Source: Octopus sinensis | Taxonomy: Eukaryota | Assembly: GCF_006345805.1 (NCBI RefSeq) | Contig: NC_043016.1 | Span: 30,876,001 to 30,940,000 of the forward strand | Length of the DNA: 64,000 bases | Direction of reading: 5' to 3' | Part shown: positions 37,431 through 50,720 of the stretch, one piece after another | How positions within the stretch are numbered: position 1 is the first letter of the stretch | How the letters are laid out: every line of letters starts with the position of its first letter | Translations under genes and position numbers: made by a program | The notes under the pieces: model-generated | Databases searched by the model: none | What the model was told of the DNA's origin: nothing | What the model saw: only the letters and a program-made list of their open reading frames with translations

Positions 37431-37705
37431 ATATGATCCAGATCCCACATACCAAACATCAGACAGTTTTGCCTGGATGAATAAGGGTTGATCATATGTG
37501 AGTTTTCACATGTACTTTCATCAAACTTCCCTTCACATTCGAACAAGCCATCTGAGTTACAAATCCGTTCAGTTTCCAAAGCAGTCCGATCAAAATATGT
37601 TCCCTGATAAGAATTCTTCTCAAGTTTATTTTTCAGTTGGTTTACGAGTTCACGAATATCTTCAGAAACCTCTTGATCGACATCTTTCTTGAGTTTGGCA
37701 CTTGC
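37431..37705 (-). CDS. DFFB: DFFB nuclease-domain exon (275 nt, phase 0 to 2)
   Basis: ttctttag|…|gtaagt. Encodes ASAKLKK…YQGTYFDRTALETERICNSDGLFECEGKFDESTCENSHMINPYSSRQNCLMFGMWDLDH, matching vertebrate YNGSYFDR…LCTPEGWFSCQGPFD…C…HSINPY…WNLDH. Confidence 0.97.
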
Positions 37706-38172
37706 CTAAAGAACAAAAAAAAAAAAAAAAAAAAAAAAAAAGGGGTTCATGTAATCGATTTTATCAACTCAAAAAGGGAAGAAAAAGGCAAAGTCAACCT
37801 CGGAGGAATTTGACCTCAGAATGTAAAGATGGTCAAAATTCTACTAAGCATTTTTCCCAGCCTGCTAACAATTCTGCTAGCTCACCACCTTTAGTTCTAC
37901 TATGATTATTACATTTGGAACACTGAGATAAATTAATACTACTGCTCAAGTTTTATGCATTCATTTCAAGTATAGAATAAAGTCACCACATTTACAATAT
38001 AATCCGCCCCCCCCCCATTGTTCTGGTATGTCAACACAACTCTCTGATTTACCACCGTGTGAGAAGAAGGGAAATTTAGCATTTTATATTTTACATTTTG
38101 CATCTTGCACTATGTACAGCTTCTTGAATTTTTTTCTACATAATAAATGATGAATGCAAACATACTTGCCTT

Positions 38173-38173
<1 letters not shown>

Positions 38174-38212
<39 letters not shown>

Positions 38213-38335
38213 CGACGACGACGACAGTGGAGGTACTGGTGATGGCGGCAGCAGTGGTGGTGGTGGAGGTGGTGGTATTGGTGGTGGTGGTGGAGGTGGA
38301 GGTGGGGTTGATGGTATTGGTGGTGGTGGTATTTT
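38174..38335. repeat. Compound (GAT)n(GAC)n(GGT)n microsatellite in DFFB intron
   Basis: Direct inspection. It explains the poly-D/G/H/P ORFs in the track. Confidence 0.93.
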
Positions 38336-39636
38336 CTCATAGTCCAAGAAAGATGGTTCTGCAATTTCTTGCCAAACAACCAACACAAATGATTTGTTTA
38401 ATTGTGTGCTGTACATTAGCTCACTCCTTCCATCAAATCAACATTGTCTGAACAGATTGCATGGTGTGCCAAACGTCAGATGTCAAAATGGTCACCAGAG
38501 CAACATGAGATGAAGCGTTTTGCTCAAGAACACAACACACTGACTGGTCTGAAAACTGAAACCACAATCTCACAACTGTGAGTGCAACATCCTAACCACT
38601 AAGGCCATGCACCCTTACACACTTGCCTAACAAAATACATTATAAACTTACATTTACTAACAATGAAATAGACTTGGGTGCCCCAAACCTTAAGATGCCC
38701 CAATGCTTTCTTCACCACCACATCCTCTTACTACACACTTTTGCATATATACTCTACCCAAAACTGGAATAACATGATGACCACTGCCATGTCCATCCAT
38801 TCAACCAAATATGAGAATGAAACTGAGAAGTGACTTGAAATTAAATTTTTTATATAAAAACTTATACATTATTCATCATCATCATCATCGTCGTCATTTA
38901 ACGTCTGTTTTCCGTGCTAGCATGGGTTGAACAGTTTGACCGGGGTCTGGAAAGTCAGAAGGCTGCTCCAGGCTCCAGTCTGATCTGGCAGTGTTTCTAC
39001 GGCTGGACGCCCTTCCTAATGCCAACCACCCCGTGAGTGTAGTGGGTGCTTTTTACGTGCCACCAGCACAGGGGCCAGAGGAGGCTGGCAATGTCCACAA
39101 TCGGTTGGCGCTTTTTACGTGCCACCGGCACAGACACCAGTCAGGGTGGCGCTGTCATCGGCCACGTTAGGATGGTGTTTTTTACATGCCACCGGCACAG
39201 GTATCACAACTATAATTTCCATTTGATTTTTATTTTGATGTTGATGTATTTGACTCAATAGGTCTCCTCAAGCACAGCAGGTTACCCTATGTTCCAAGGT
39301 AAGCACAGCAGGCCGTCCTGCGAGCCATGAACTCACTTCATTTGTCAGGTCTTCGCAGTCACAGCATATCTCCAGAGGTCTCGGTCTTTTGTCATTGCCT
39401 CTGTGAGGCCCAACATTCGAAGGCTATGCTTGACCACCTCATCCTATGTCTTCCTGAGTCTGCTATTATTACTTATATAAATTATGCCCATGCTTTTAGT
39501 TTCTTGGTTGAGTCATACCTGGATTGATTTGAAATGGTGACACTGCTATTGTATTACAATGAATAAAGATTTCAAGTCATTTTCTTATTCTTCTCAGTCT
39601 TGGATTATATTTCTATGCAGTTATAAATATACTTAC

Positions 39637-39716
39637 ATCACTATAATATTTCTTTACACGGCTCTGTGCTTTGTAATTCATATATTCTGATTTGGTTTTA
39701 AATGACTCTCTAACTC
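39637..39716 (-). CDS. DFFB: DFFB internal exon (80 nt, phase 1 to 0)
   Basis: atattttag|…|gtaagt. Encodes (G)VRESFKTKSEYMNYKAQSRVKKYYSD, aligning to GLESRFQSKSGYLRYSCESRIRSYLRE. In frame with both neighbouring exons. Confidence 0.93.
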
Positions 39717-39889
39717 CTAAAATATTGAAAAACAAAAGTATCATTAAATTTGGTATAAATAACACTTCAAATATGAAGTAATTTGTTAAATGTTATCTAA
39801 TGATGACTATTGAAATTTTGATTCAAGTTATAAGCATAATTTTTACCAAGTATTAATACAAATTTTAAAACTACTTCTACTTCTGTAGG

Positions 39890-40515
39890 TATATGATCAG
39901 AAAAGATGATGAGAATGGGATAAAAAAATGTCTTATACCATCAGTGAAGGCTACCATAGAATAGAATGATCGAGAGAACACCATACCCAGTGTTTATCAT
40001 GAGTTGCTCATTTTCAAAGAGGGCATATTGTGGGTTCTTTTGAGGGTGGACTTAGCCAGCATAAGATGGTACATGGAACTGTTCATAATGACCACAAGAA
40101 ATGTTCTGGATGACCACAGACATCAACGAAACCCACAAAGCAAGAAAGGGTGAAAGAATTGTTATATCAGAGTTCAAAAAAATTTGTGCAGCAAATGAAT
40201 TCTGAGATATGAATTTCAGAATGAAGTGTCCATTGCATTTTGAAGTGCTGTCATTGGAAAAGTGACATTCTAATAATAATCCATGCTCTCAATGAAGATG
40301 ATCCAGACCAAATAGTATTAGCAAGATTCACACATTCCAACAAAGATTGTTTAGAATGATGAGGCTACACTGAAATTAAATGCTTCAATTAACCACCACT
40401 GAATCTACTGGGGATCTGAGAATCTACATATTATGAAGGAACATCATGTTAATTTACCAAAAGTTACAGTATGGTGTGGCTTGCCATCAAAAAGATTAAT
40501 CGGACTGTTCTTTTA
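39890..40515 (+). mobile_element. Degraded Tc1/mariner-superfamily transposase (maT/DD37D-like)
   Basis: HALNEDDPD…NDEATLKLNASINHH.IYWGSEN…[21 protein letters not shown]. Confidence 0.75.
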
Positions 40516-42435
40516 TTTATTTATTTATTTATTTATTTACTCTTTTACTTGTTTCAGTCATTTGACTGTGGTCATGCTGGAGCACCACCTTTAGTCGAGC
40601 AAATCGACCCCAAGACTTATTCTTTGTAAGCCTAGTACTTATTCTATCGGTCTCTTTTACTGAACTCCTAAGTTACGAGGATGTAAACACACCAGCATTG
40701 GTTGTCAAGCGATGTTGGGGGCACAAACACAGACACACATATATATATATATACATATATACGACGGGCTTCTTTCAGTTTCTGTCTACCAAATCCACTC
40801 ACAAGGCTTTGGTCGGCCCAAGGTTATAGTAGAAGATGCTTGACAAGGTGCCACTCAGTGGGACTGAACCTGGAACCTACTTACCACACAGCTATTTATT
40901 TAATTTTATAGTACAGTGCTTGGTCCTATAACTTGAACTAATTCTGACAATCTGACAAGAGGACTTTGACAATGTGGAGTTTTATTTCCAGCAAGATGGG
41001 ACACCTCAACACTACCATACTTATGTAAGGATGTCAAAATGGTCATCAGAGCAACATGAGATGAAGGGTTTTACTCAAGAACACAACACACTGACTGGTC
41101 TGGAAACTGAAACCACAACCTCACAACTGTGAGTGCAACATCCTAACCACTAAGGCCATGCACCCTTACACACTTGCCTTACAAAATACATCATAAAATT
41201 ACCTTATGTAAGGACCCACCTTGATAAAATTTTACTGAACAGGTGGATTGAATGAAGAGGTTTAGCAGAATACACTCAGTGTTCATCAGACCTCATAGCA
41301 CTAGCCTTCTTTTTATGACTTCTAAGAAATCATCAACCCAGAATATTTAATGAAATTATCAGGAGAAATTTACAATTGATAATAGTTCTCAAATATATCC
41401 ATGGTTATCAATTTTATTATCTAAACCATCTGAGCTGAGCTAGTAATGTTGATTGACATTATAAAATATGTAGCCATTGTTTTAATACATAGATGGTCTA
41501 CTGAAAGCAGCAACTTAAAATTGAGCATTTTAAAACACTTATAAACTGGGATACAGCAAACAATAATTCTAGAATCAAAATCTGAATGATACTGAGGAAT
41601 TACACATAATTTCATACTCATAATATTAAACTAACGACACCATACAGAATACTACAAATAAGAGGAATTCTGACTATATTTAGGATACAGAAACAGTGAC
41701 AGTGCTAACACAGTGGATAATTTTTTTTTCTTTGAGATATTTATAATTCAAGCAGAAAAACATTGAGTTTTTATAAGATGCATTATTGACTTTTTAAAAG
41801 TTCATTTAGATTTAATTTAAAGCTTTTGTGCATAGTGATCATGTTTCCAGTGTCAGTCTTGCAACTATAGCTCACCCTTTAGTATTCAAATTATTCTGTC
41901 AAATGTAAAGGGTAAAGATCCCCTGCAGTCATGAAAGACCATGGGATTGCACTTAGAAAGTTCCCCTCTGAAATGCAAGTCCATGAGCAGTTGCTCATGC
42001 ATACCAGATATTTCCATATCACCAATGTTATCCATGGGAAAGACAAAGGCTGATACAGTTTGGCACCAGTGATGTCACAACTCATTTCTACAGCTGAGTG
42101 AACTGGAGCAACATGAAATAAAATGTCTTGCTCAAGAACACAACATACAACCTGATCCAGGAATTGAACTCACTACCTAGTAATTATGAGTTCAACACTC
42201 TAACTACTGAGCCATATGTCTTATTTATTTACATTGTTTTGAATTAACCATGCCTAATCTTGTAGCTTTGAGATTTCAGTGATGTGACAGTTAATTTTCA
42301 GAATGACATTGTAGGATAGGTGTGGGAGGCCACTTCTGGTCAGTTTGCATATAAAACAAGTAGAATATTTAGGTCTAATATGGTTGGTTATATTTTGAAG
42401 GGTTACAGTTATACTTATTTAACACTCAATAATAT

Positions 42436-42720
42436 TGTTGTTGTTTGTTCCTTCTCAAGCCATGCCTGGCTCATAAGGCCGGTTTCCCAGTTTCCCACCT
42501 GGACAGGATGCCGGCCCGTCGCAAGTGAGCTGCAAGATGCAGGAGGAAAGAGCGTGAGAAAGCTGTGGTGAAAAAGTCAGCAGAAGTCCGCAATTACCTT
42601 CAGCCAGAGCCACGTGGAGCTTAGGTGTTTCACTCATAAACACACACATCGCCTGGTGTGAGATTCAAACCCACACGACCATGAGTCCGATGCTCTAACC
42701 ACTAGGCCATGTGCCTCCCC
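42436..42720 (-). mobile_element. tRNA-derived SINE, second copy of the 7076-7380 family
   Basis: Reverse-complement similarity along its whole length, including the (caa)n tail. Confidence 0.88.
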
Positions 42721-42912
42721 ACCCCATAGTATACATAGCCCTTTTTAGTGTTTGATAATTAGAGTGGAAAAGTGGTTTTTTTTTTTTTCATTTACACTCA
42801 AATGAAATGTGGCTAAAAGCAAGTAGCTGTTAAGGTGTTTAGTATGTTAAGATGCATAAAAATAAGGAAGTGCCAATTTAATGCACTTTAATATAAATCT
42901 AAGAATTCAAAC

Positions 42913-43074
42913 CTGCAAACCAATTTTCATCTTCACTTCGAAGTTCCAAGCACGACTTGTCATCTCGAGTTTCTTTCTTCCACAATTTTTCTAGAACATC
43001 AGGCTTCAAAAAATCATGTAGATCTAAATTATGCTCAGAAATTGCCCTGAAGATATTTTGGATATTGTTTGTTA
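42913..43074 (-). CDS. DFFB: DFFB internal exon (162 nt, phase 1 to 1), the most 5' exon found
   Basis: gtattttgcag|…GCAG|gtttga. Encodes TNNIQNIFRAISEH…CLELRSEDENWFA(G), matching vertebrate ETRAEDPPWFEG. Confidence 0.9.
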
Positions 43075-43424
43075 CTGCAAAATACAAATTTTTAAGTATA
43101 AATTTAATAAACTTGAATTAAAAATACATTTGTTAGAAAAATATAAAAATAATTAATTAACAAGCAAATATTTCCACACCACACCATATCTCTCTGGCAA
43201 TCCTATACTGTTTGAAATTCCACAAGCCAAACCACACTTACTTATATTCATTTTACAGGGAGTTTATGAATTTTCTAATCTAAAGGAGTAAACTTTAATC
43301 CCCTCCTCTATCATTTATTTATGCTTTGCAGTGCTATGAACATCAAATTGTTGAATTTTTGCCATTTTCACAGCTTTCTTTTTTTTTTTAATGGTTTTGC
43401 TAACAATTCTTTAGTTGACCTGCC

Positions 43425-43933
43425 TATGTGCAGGTGGGAGATGAAGTCTGGGTCAAGCCTCCAAAGGCACATTACACATCTCAGTGGAACAGAGGAACAG
43501 TGATGGTTGTTAATTCCAAAAATAACATTTCTGTGGCTGGAATGCTGCGTTATGTCTTGGATGTTTGTAGGATTGTCGCTTCATCGGATGACAAAGGTGG
43601 AGGAGAGGAAGAGAACGAGGCTCTCTTCTTATGGAGATCACATAAGTAAGGTGAGGAGGTGATCTTTGAGATCAGGGGCACGTGTGGGGATGAGATGAGC
43701 AGGAAGGAATGGGCTGTGACATCAATGATCAAGGGGCTTGACTGGAACAGGAAGAGGGAGAGAGGAAGTGAGGGAAGGAAGACAAGGGGTCAGCCTGTTT
43801 TGTCTTGGGTGCTCATGACAAACAGGCATGAAGTAAGCAAGCTAGAAGGGGACAAGCACTAGCAGCTGCAGTCATTAGGTGCACAGGCTGGGCACAAGCT
43901 TCGGATTGAGTACAACTAGACAGCAAAATGACA
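43425..43933 (+). mobile_element. Gypsy-like integrase C-terminal remnant followed by a probable 3' LTR
   Basis: QVGDEVWVKPP…GTVMVVNSKNNISVAGMLRYVLDVCR, then a purine tract and a TG…CA-bounded segment at ~43683-43933. Confidence 0.6.
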
Positions 43934-44568
43934 AGAAGATAGACAAATTGTTACTTATTTCCTCGCAGTACAGTTTCCTTGTACAACACATTAAAAAGGA
44001 AACAAAGTCTTTTCTACAATATTACCAATTTGCACAATATATTGACCATAAGACACTAAAAATTTAACCAAATAAACCCATTTTTAGGTATTATCTACTG
44101 AATCACATGGCTAACCTGTTTACTAAGAAAAATCTCAACAGGATGCTAAAATGTTAAAAATTAAACACAAATGTATAATAATAATAATAAAATTAATAAT
44201 GATAAATTTCTATTTTGGGGGAGGGAATTACATTGACCCCAATGTTTCACTGGTACTTTAATTTATCAACTCTGAAAGGTTGAAAGGCAAAGTCAACCTC
44301 AGCAGAATTTGAACTCAGAATGTAGCAATGGGCGAAAGACTGTATAATGATGACGATGATGATGATGATGGCTTCTCCCGCCAAAGACAACATATGAATG
44401 TTCAGCTTTTGCTGTGAATGACTTGCACAAATGATTTGTTTATACTGATCAAATGTGTGTGCTGTACATTTGCTCATCTCATTCCGTCAAATCAATGTTG
44501 CCTGAACAAATACATGGTGTACCACGCGTTAAGGGTTGAAGTGATAGCAGAATAATGCGAGATGATGT

Positions 44569-45539
44569 TGTAGCGGTCTCTGATATCCTCACTGTTTGAG
44601 AAACACGGCAAGAATGATCTTGTTTGAGATTACAGCCATCTTTGGCCGAGTTGTTCCAGTTGTAACCACTAACCTGATTAGTTGACATGTGGCGCGATTT
44701 GTCTCTACTTATTTCATGCCACTGGCCAAAAGCCAACCAATCACGGCCCTTGGTTAAGGTCCGTTTTTCTAGGCTCTGTTGAGCCACCTTACTTGTATAT
44801 AAGGGAGTGAATCCCTTCACCAAGCGTCTTTGGTTTCCAGTCCTTGTAAGGACTGAACCTCTAATCACAGAGTTACTCAACATGTTCCAGTCACAGACAA
44901 CAGACGATCAGCAACGACGATGCTAATGTACACCCGCAACAGAAAGCCTACTATCTCCGCTACCGTCACCATCATCATCGTCCACTTCAGACATGTACAC
45001 ACTAACATCACAGAACCACGCTGTTAGAGTGAACGCCTTCACCAAGTAGAAACAGTCCATCTGAAGAAATCTATATCTGGAGAACCAGCTCGCCGATTTG
45101 AGACCACGACCGCGGCTCGACAATAATTCGCCCAACCGGCCTCCACCCGAGACACAACATCCTGATATCGAACTCTTACACTTCGTGTACCTCAGAACAG
45201 TAAATCAATTTCCATTATGAACTCCATGCTCTGTACCTACTATGTCACACGCTTTCACACTTATTGTATCTGTCACACACACGAACACACAGACACAAAC
45301 ACGTGTTGCATGCACACACACGCACTTGCTAGCACTCACAACCTTCTAACCTTAACACCAATTGTAAATAAAATCTTATCTTCTCTCAAACAGTGGAACG
45401 GCCTTGTAGTCAATTCATCTATATTCTGTTGGCACTGCATTGTATAAAATTGTATTAATGGCTTATCTTATTTCACTAGGAATGCGACCGTGTGACTTAC
45501 CTATGTCACCAACCTCAACATACGGTCATATTCCCTACA
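44569..45539 (+). mobile_element. Solo LTR (971 bp) with 4-bp TSD, Gypsy-type
   Basis: TGTAG…CTACA termini. TSD ATGT at 44565-44568 and 45540-45543. It splits a SINE. CCAAT (~44737), TATATAA (~44796) and AATAAA (~45367) lie on the + strand, and the segment is CpG-rich. Confidence 0.88.
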
Positions 45540-45672
45540 ATGTGTTTTCCACAAGAACACTACGCACCATCCAGTCTAGGAATTGAAACCACGATCTTGC
45601 AATTGTGAGTGCAACACCCTAACCACTAGATCATGCATCCACACTAATAGCCTGAAATTTCATGGGAGGGGC

Positions 45673-45707
<35 letters not shown>

Positions 45708-47031
45708 TAATAATAATAATAATACTTCTTTTATTCTTTTATTCGTTTCAGTCATTTTGACTGAGGCCATGCTGGAGCACCACCTTTAGTTGAGCAAATC
45801 GACACCAGGACTTATTCTTTGTAAGCCTAGTACTTATTCTGTCAGTCTCTTTTGCCGAACAACTAAGTTACGGGGGACGTAAACACACCAGCATCGATTG
45901 TCAAGCAATGATGAGAGGGACAAACACAGACACACAAACATATACATACACATCATCATCATCGTTTAGCATCGTTTTCCATGCTAGCATGGGTTGGACG
46001 GTTCAACTGGGGTCTATGAAGCCGGAAGGCTTCATCAGGCCTAGTCAGATCTGGCAGTTTTTCTACGGCTGGATGCCCTTCCTAACACCAACCACTCCGT
46101 GCGTGTAGTGAGTGCTTTTTACATGCCACCCGCACAGGTGCCAGACAGAGCTGGCAATACATATATATATATATATATATGATGGGCTTCTTTCAGTTTC
46201 CATCTACCAAATCCACTCACAAAGCTTTGGTTAGCCCAAGGCTATAATAGAAGACACTTGCCCAAGGTGCCACACAGTGGGACTGAACCCAGAACCATGT
46301 GGTTCGTAAGCAAGCTACTAACCACACAGCCACTCCTGCGCCTATATATTAATAATAATTTTCACATAAAACTTATTATATATTAATAATTACACTAATT
46401 ACTACAAAATATTTCTAAATGTATTTCATGATTTATTATAGTGAGTCTGGTTTTATCTGGGGTTTTTTTTTGTTTTTATTTTTTGATTATTTAGTAGACT
46501 ACGTGTAGATGTCAGATGTAAAACACGTGCAGCGAAAAAACTGTATACAAGTAAGATTTTGAGAAGGGAATACTGGACAATGTATTTAACATGGGACTAG
46601 GGAAATGAGGTATAGTAGAGGTATAGTAAAGAGATGGGTAAAATAAGTAGGTTTGAGTATAGTGGCCATGCAACTCATTAGCTCAAAGCCCTTATAACAC
46701 CAGTAGAAATAATGGATGGAAGATACAACAAGATATCTATGAAATGGAATGTAATGATATCATGAGTGTATATCTCCTTGTCTTTCTTTTACTTGTTTCA
46801 GTCATCAGACTGAGGCCATGCTGAAGCAATACCTTGAAGAATTTTTGGTCAAACAAATTGACCCCAGTTTTTATTTTTATTTTAGAATTCGTACTTATTC
46901 TATTGGTCTCTTCTTGCTGGACCACTAACCTACGGGGACATAAACACACTGACATTGGTTGTCAAGCAGTGGGTGGGAGACAAACCACAGACAATCACAC
47001 ACACACATATATACACATATGCATGCACACA

Positions 47032-47079
<48 letters not shown>

Positions 47080-48539
47080 ATGAGCTTCTCTCAGTTTCCT
47101 GTTTACAAATTCCACCCACTAGGCTTTGGTAGGCCCAAGGCTATAGTAGAAGACGCCCAAAGTGTCACACAGTGGGACTGAACCCGGAACCATGTGGTTG
47201 GGAAGCAAAGAATGGAAAGCAGATATCAAATGATGATGATGATGATATATTTTTATGTTGTGTGCATGTGTGTGTGTGTGTATGCGCACATGCATATGTG
47301 TATAGTGTGTGCATATGTTGTGCTGTGTGTGTTGTGATGTGTGTGTGTGTGTGTGTGATGGCACACAAATGGTCACCTCACTCAAATCAGTCTCTTCGTC
47401 ACCTCACCACTGCTCTTGCACATCTCTCGTATTGCAGCTCTGCCCACCTCCTGATACCAATTTTCTTTGTTGTTATCCAGAACCATTACTTCATCCATTA
47501 ACATTGTTCTCTACACTCATACAGTGAAGGTGCATGGCTCAGTGGTTAGAGTGTCGGGCTCACAATCATAAGGTAGTGAATTCAGTTCCCAGACTAGGCT
47601 GTGTGTTGTGTTCTTGAGCAAGACATTTTATTTCACATTGTTCCAGTTCACTCAGCTGTAGAAATGAGTTGTGATGTTACAGGTGCCAAGCTGTATCGTT
47701 CTTTGCCTTTCCCTTGGATAACATCGGTGACGTGGAGAGGGGAAGCTAGTATGCATGGGTGACTGCTGGCCTTCCATAAACAACCTTGCCTGGATTCATG
47801 CCCTGGGGGAGAACTTTCTAGGTACAATTCCAAGGTCATTCTTAGTTGTGTGGTAAGAAGTTTGCTTCCTTCCCAAACACACGGTTCCAAGTTCAATCTC
47901 ACTGTGTGGCACCTTGAGTAAGTGTCTCCTACTATAGCCTTAGGCTGACCAAAGCCTTGTGAGTGGGTTTAGTTGACAGAAACTGAAAAGGCTTTTGTGT
48001 GTGTCTGTGTGTGTGGTGTGTGTGTGTTGTGTGTATGTGTGTGTCAGTGTTTGTCCCCCACCATTGCTTGACAACCAATGTTGATGTTTTTACATCTTTT
48101 ACATCTTTGTAACCTACAGTTCAGCAAGAGAGACCGAAAGAATAAGTACCAGGCTTTAAAAAAATATGCACTGGGGTTGACTCATTTAAATAAAAATTCC
48201 TCAAAGCTGTGCTCTATCATGGCCACAGTCAAATGACTGAAGCAAAAGATAGTGTTTATGGCAGTTGATCATTGTAAAAATTTAGGTCAGAGTAACCTAA
48301 TAAATAATAAGAAATAAAATATTTCTTCATAAACCCTGTCAAGTTATGCTCACTTCGTTTCTTTTTTGTTTTCACACAAGCTTTATATTCAGTATCTGTT
48401 TTCCTAACATACACAAGCATCACACAACATGATTTTCACTGTGAGAGAGGGATAGTCCAATCCTTGACAGCAGAGATAAGGACTTCTGGAACATTCTCAG
48501 TCCCATGCTTATAATAATAATAATGAAATTATTGTATAC

Positions 48540-48960
48540 AGTGCTCACGTGCACCACAACTTGTCAAAGGTGCGTATAAAGTATATGCAGTAATGTACAA
48601 ATGTCTGGAAAGCGAACAATGTATGAGTCAGATACATGCCTGCGTGTGTATGGAGGGGAGAAAATCAGGTGTAGTGTTGGCGAATCTCAGAAAGCATGGA
48701 AGTTTTGAAGGATGCAGTGCTCCAACAACTTACAACTGATGCCGGCAGTCTGTTCCATGCTTCAGCAACTCTTAGCATGAAAAAATGCTTCCGAAAGTCA
48801 TGGGAGCTGTGCTATTTTCTGACTTTGTAAACATGTCCACAGGTGTTAGACAGGTGGAGTTTGAAAAGGTGCTCAGAGTTATTGTTTGTAAGATGGTTAA
48901 TAATTTTATGGGTGTCTGCCATGCTTCTCTCTTCTCATTAGACCATCCGGATAATACTAA
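48540..48960 (-). mobile_element. CR1 LINE 3' end
   Basis: GHVYKVRK.HSSHDFRKHFFMLRVAEAWNRLPASVVSCWSTASFK. Confidence 0.85.
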
Positions 48961-49219
48961 CTGCCAACTTCTGTAAAGCTTACTGGGGAACTGTTGGGAT
49001 ATGAAGCATCCCAACTGACAGCAAATCCAGAATAATTCTATTACAGTTTAGAAACAGGAGCTCATTTAATTTCTTTTCTGCTTTCACCCAACCTCTTTAT
49101 ATTTAGTGTCCGTTTTGCTAACATACACAAGCATCACACATGATTTTTCTCTCTGAAAAGATAGATAATCTAATTCTTGCCAGCAGAAATAAGGGCTTCT
49201 GGAACATTTTCAGTCCCAT

Positions 49220-49620
49220 GCTTACACTTCTCCCTTCTGATTAAATCATTTGAGCAATATAAACTTCCAATTTCTGTGAAGTTTACTAGGGAACTGTTGG
49301 GATGTGGAGCATGCCAAATGACAGCCAACCCTGTATAATTCTGTTGCAAATTAGAAACAAAAGTTGAGAACTGAATCCTGTCATACACCCACCAGCATAT
49401 TAAATTCCTGACTGAATCTATTGCTAATTTGTTAATGACTTTCACTTTGCTGATAGTGCTCCTGTACACAGCATGCACAGTTCTAAAACACCAATTGTTT
49501 ACACTGTCTAACACTTAAGCAACCAGTCATACATTAGTAACCACAACCTGCTTCCTCATCTTAACTAATTCTCTTTCTAATAGGCTGTAATATAACTCCT
49601 TCTGCTACTTGCATAATTCA
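49220..49620 (-). mobile_element. Old RTE RT fragment
   Basis: Broken translation SKVKVINK…EFNMLVGV.QDSVL…LY..NDL. Confidence 0.55.
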
Positions 49621-49839
49621 GTTGGTTTATCTAATTTATTAATTTATGTTTGGATCATTGCTTCATTATAGAGCATTTCCTTCGCTCTTGTAACAATTTG
49701 CAATATTACTATGTCAGTCATCAGAATGGCATCTCCCTGAACCATCCATCCATCCATCCATCCATTCATACATCCACACATACATACATACATACATACA
49801 TCAGGAAGTTGATTGTTATGGCCAGTGAGTGACCATTGG

Positions 49840-50720
49840 TTTCACACCTATAAAGAGCTTAACCATATAGGCAACTTGTCAGGCTCAAATGGCTGAATGG
49901 TACATAACCTTTCTACAACTGAAGGAAGACATAATGGTCAGTTAGTTTTATAAACAAAAATACTTCTGGAATGGTTGTGCAGGTGTAACAAGTGGCACAG
50001 GGTTATTTCCCATACATCAGTTCCAGCCATGGTGATATTCGAAGACACTGGCACAGTTCTATTCAACAAATGGGGAATTCCAACCATGTAACAGGAAACG
50101 TCTTAGATGAGGGCATTGACTAAATACTTCTTACCTGGAGTTTAAAAAGGTCCCTGGGTCAAGCAAGTTTTATAGGATTCTTGCTCTCTCTACCAAGCAA
50201 AGCTAGCATCGTTTGCTCCAATTTATAAACAAGTCCCTGATTATGTACTGGATCCCTTCCTCTTTTAAGTGCCATTCAGTGCTGGTTAGGGACATGATGT
50301 TGCTCCTTTCTGGTATCCTAAAAGAGGAACTGTGGTTGATCAGACATTGCTTAAAAGGAGCACTGGCTGAAGCAACATATTTCTATGTCTGTGCACTGGT
50401 TGTGCTACAACCACTATTTCTTCATTAACTCCAGGCCTGATTGTATTGTTGTTGCTGGAGTAACTGCTGATTTTGTTATTCCCAGACGTGATCCTGGTGG
50501 TTCAGTAGTTGCTGGCTTAGCATAAAAAATCTCTTGATTTGAGGGGAGGTTCAAGATCCACTTGCTGACACCCTTCACTAGGAATCTGAACATGACAGGA
50601 GCTGTGTTGATATAGGACAGCTTCTTCTTTGGCTGTGTTGACATAGGACAGCTTCTCGTTTGGCTGGGCCTGTATGAGCAGGAGCCCAAGTCTAATGTAA
50701 CATCTGAAAATTTTACAGCC
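49840..50720 (-). mobile_element. Probable degraded Gypsy pol fragment
   Basis: Weak similarity (RFLLHGW…FEYHH…VP..P) to the region preceding the integrase zinc finger, with many stops. Confidence 0.35.

Noticed and set aside
38110-38451. Poly-His, poly-Asp/Gly and poly-Pro ORFs
   Set aside because: They come from a trinucleotide microsatellite inside a DFFB intron and have no splice context.
45335-45435. Minus-strand open segment CQQNIDELTTRPFHCLREDKILFTI as a possible DFFB CIDE-N exon
   Set aside because: It lies inside the solo LTR 44569-45539 and lacks the EDGT motif.
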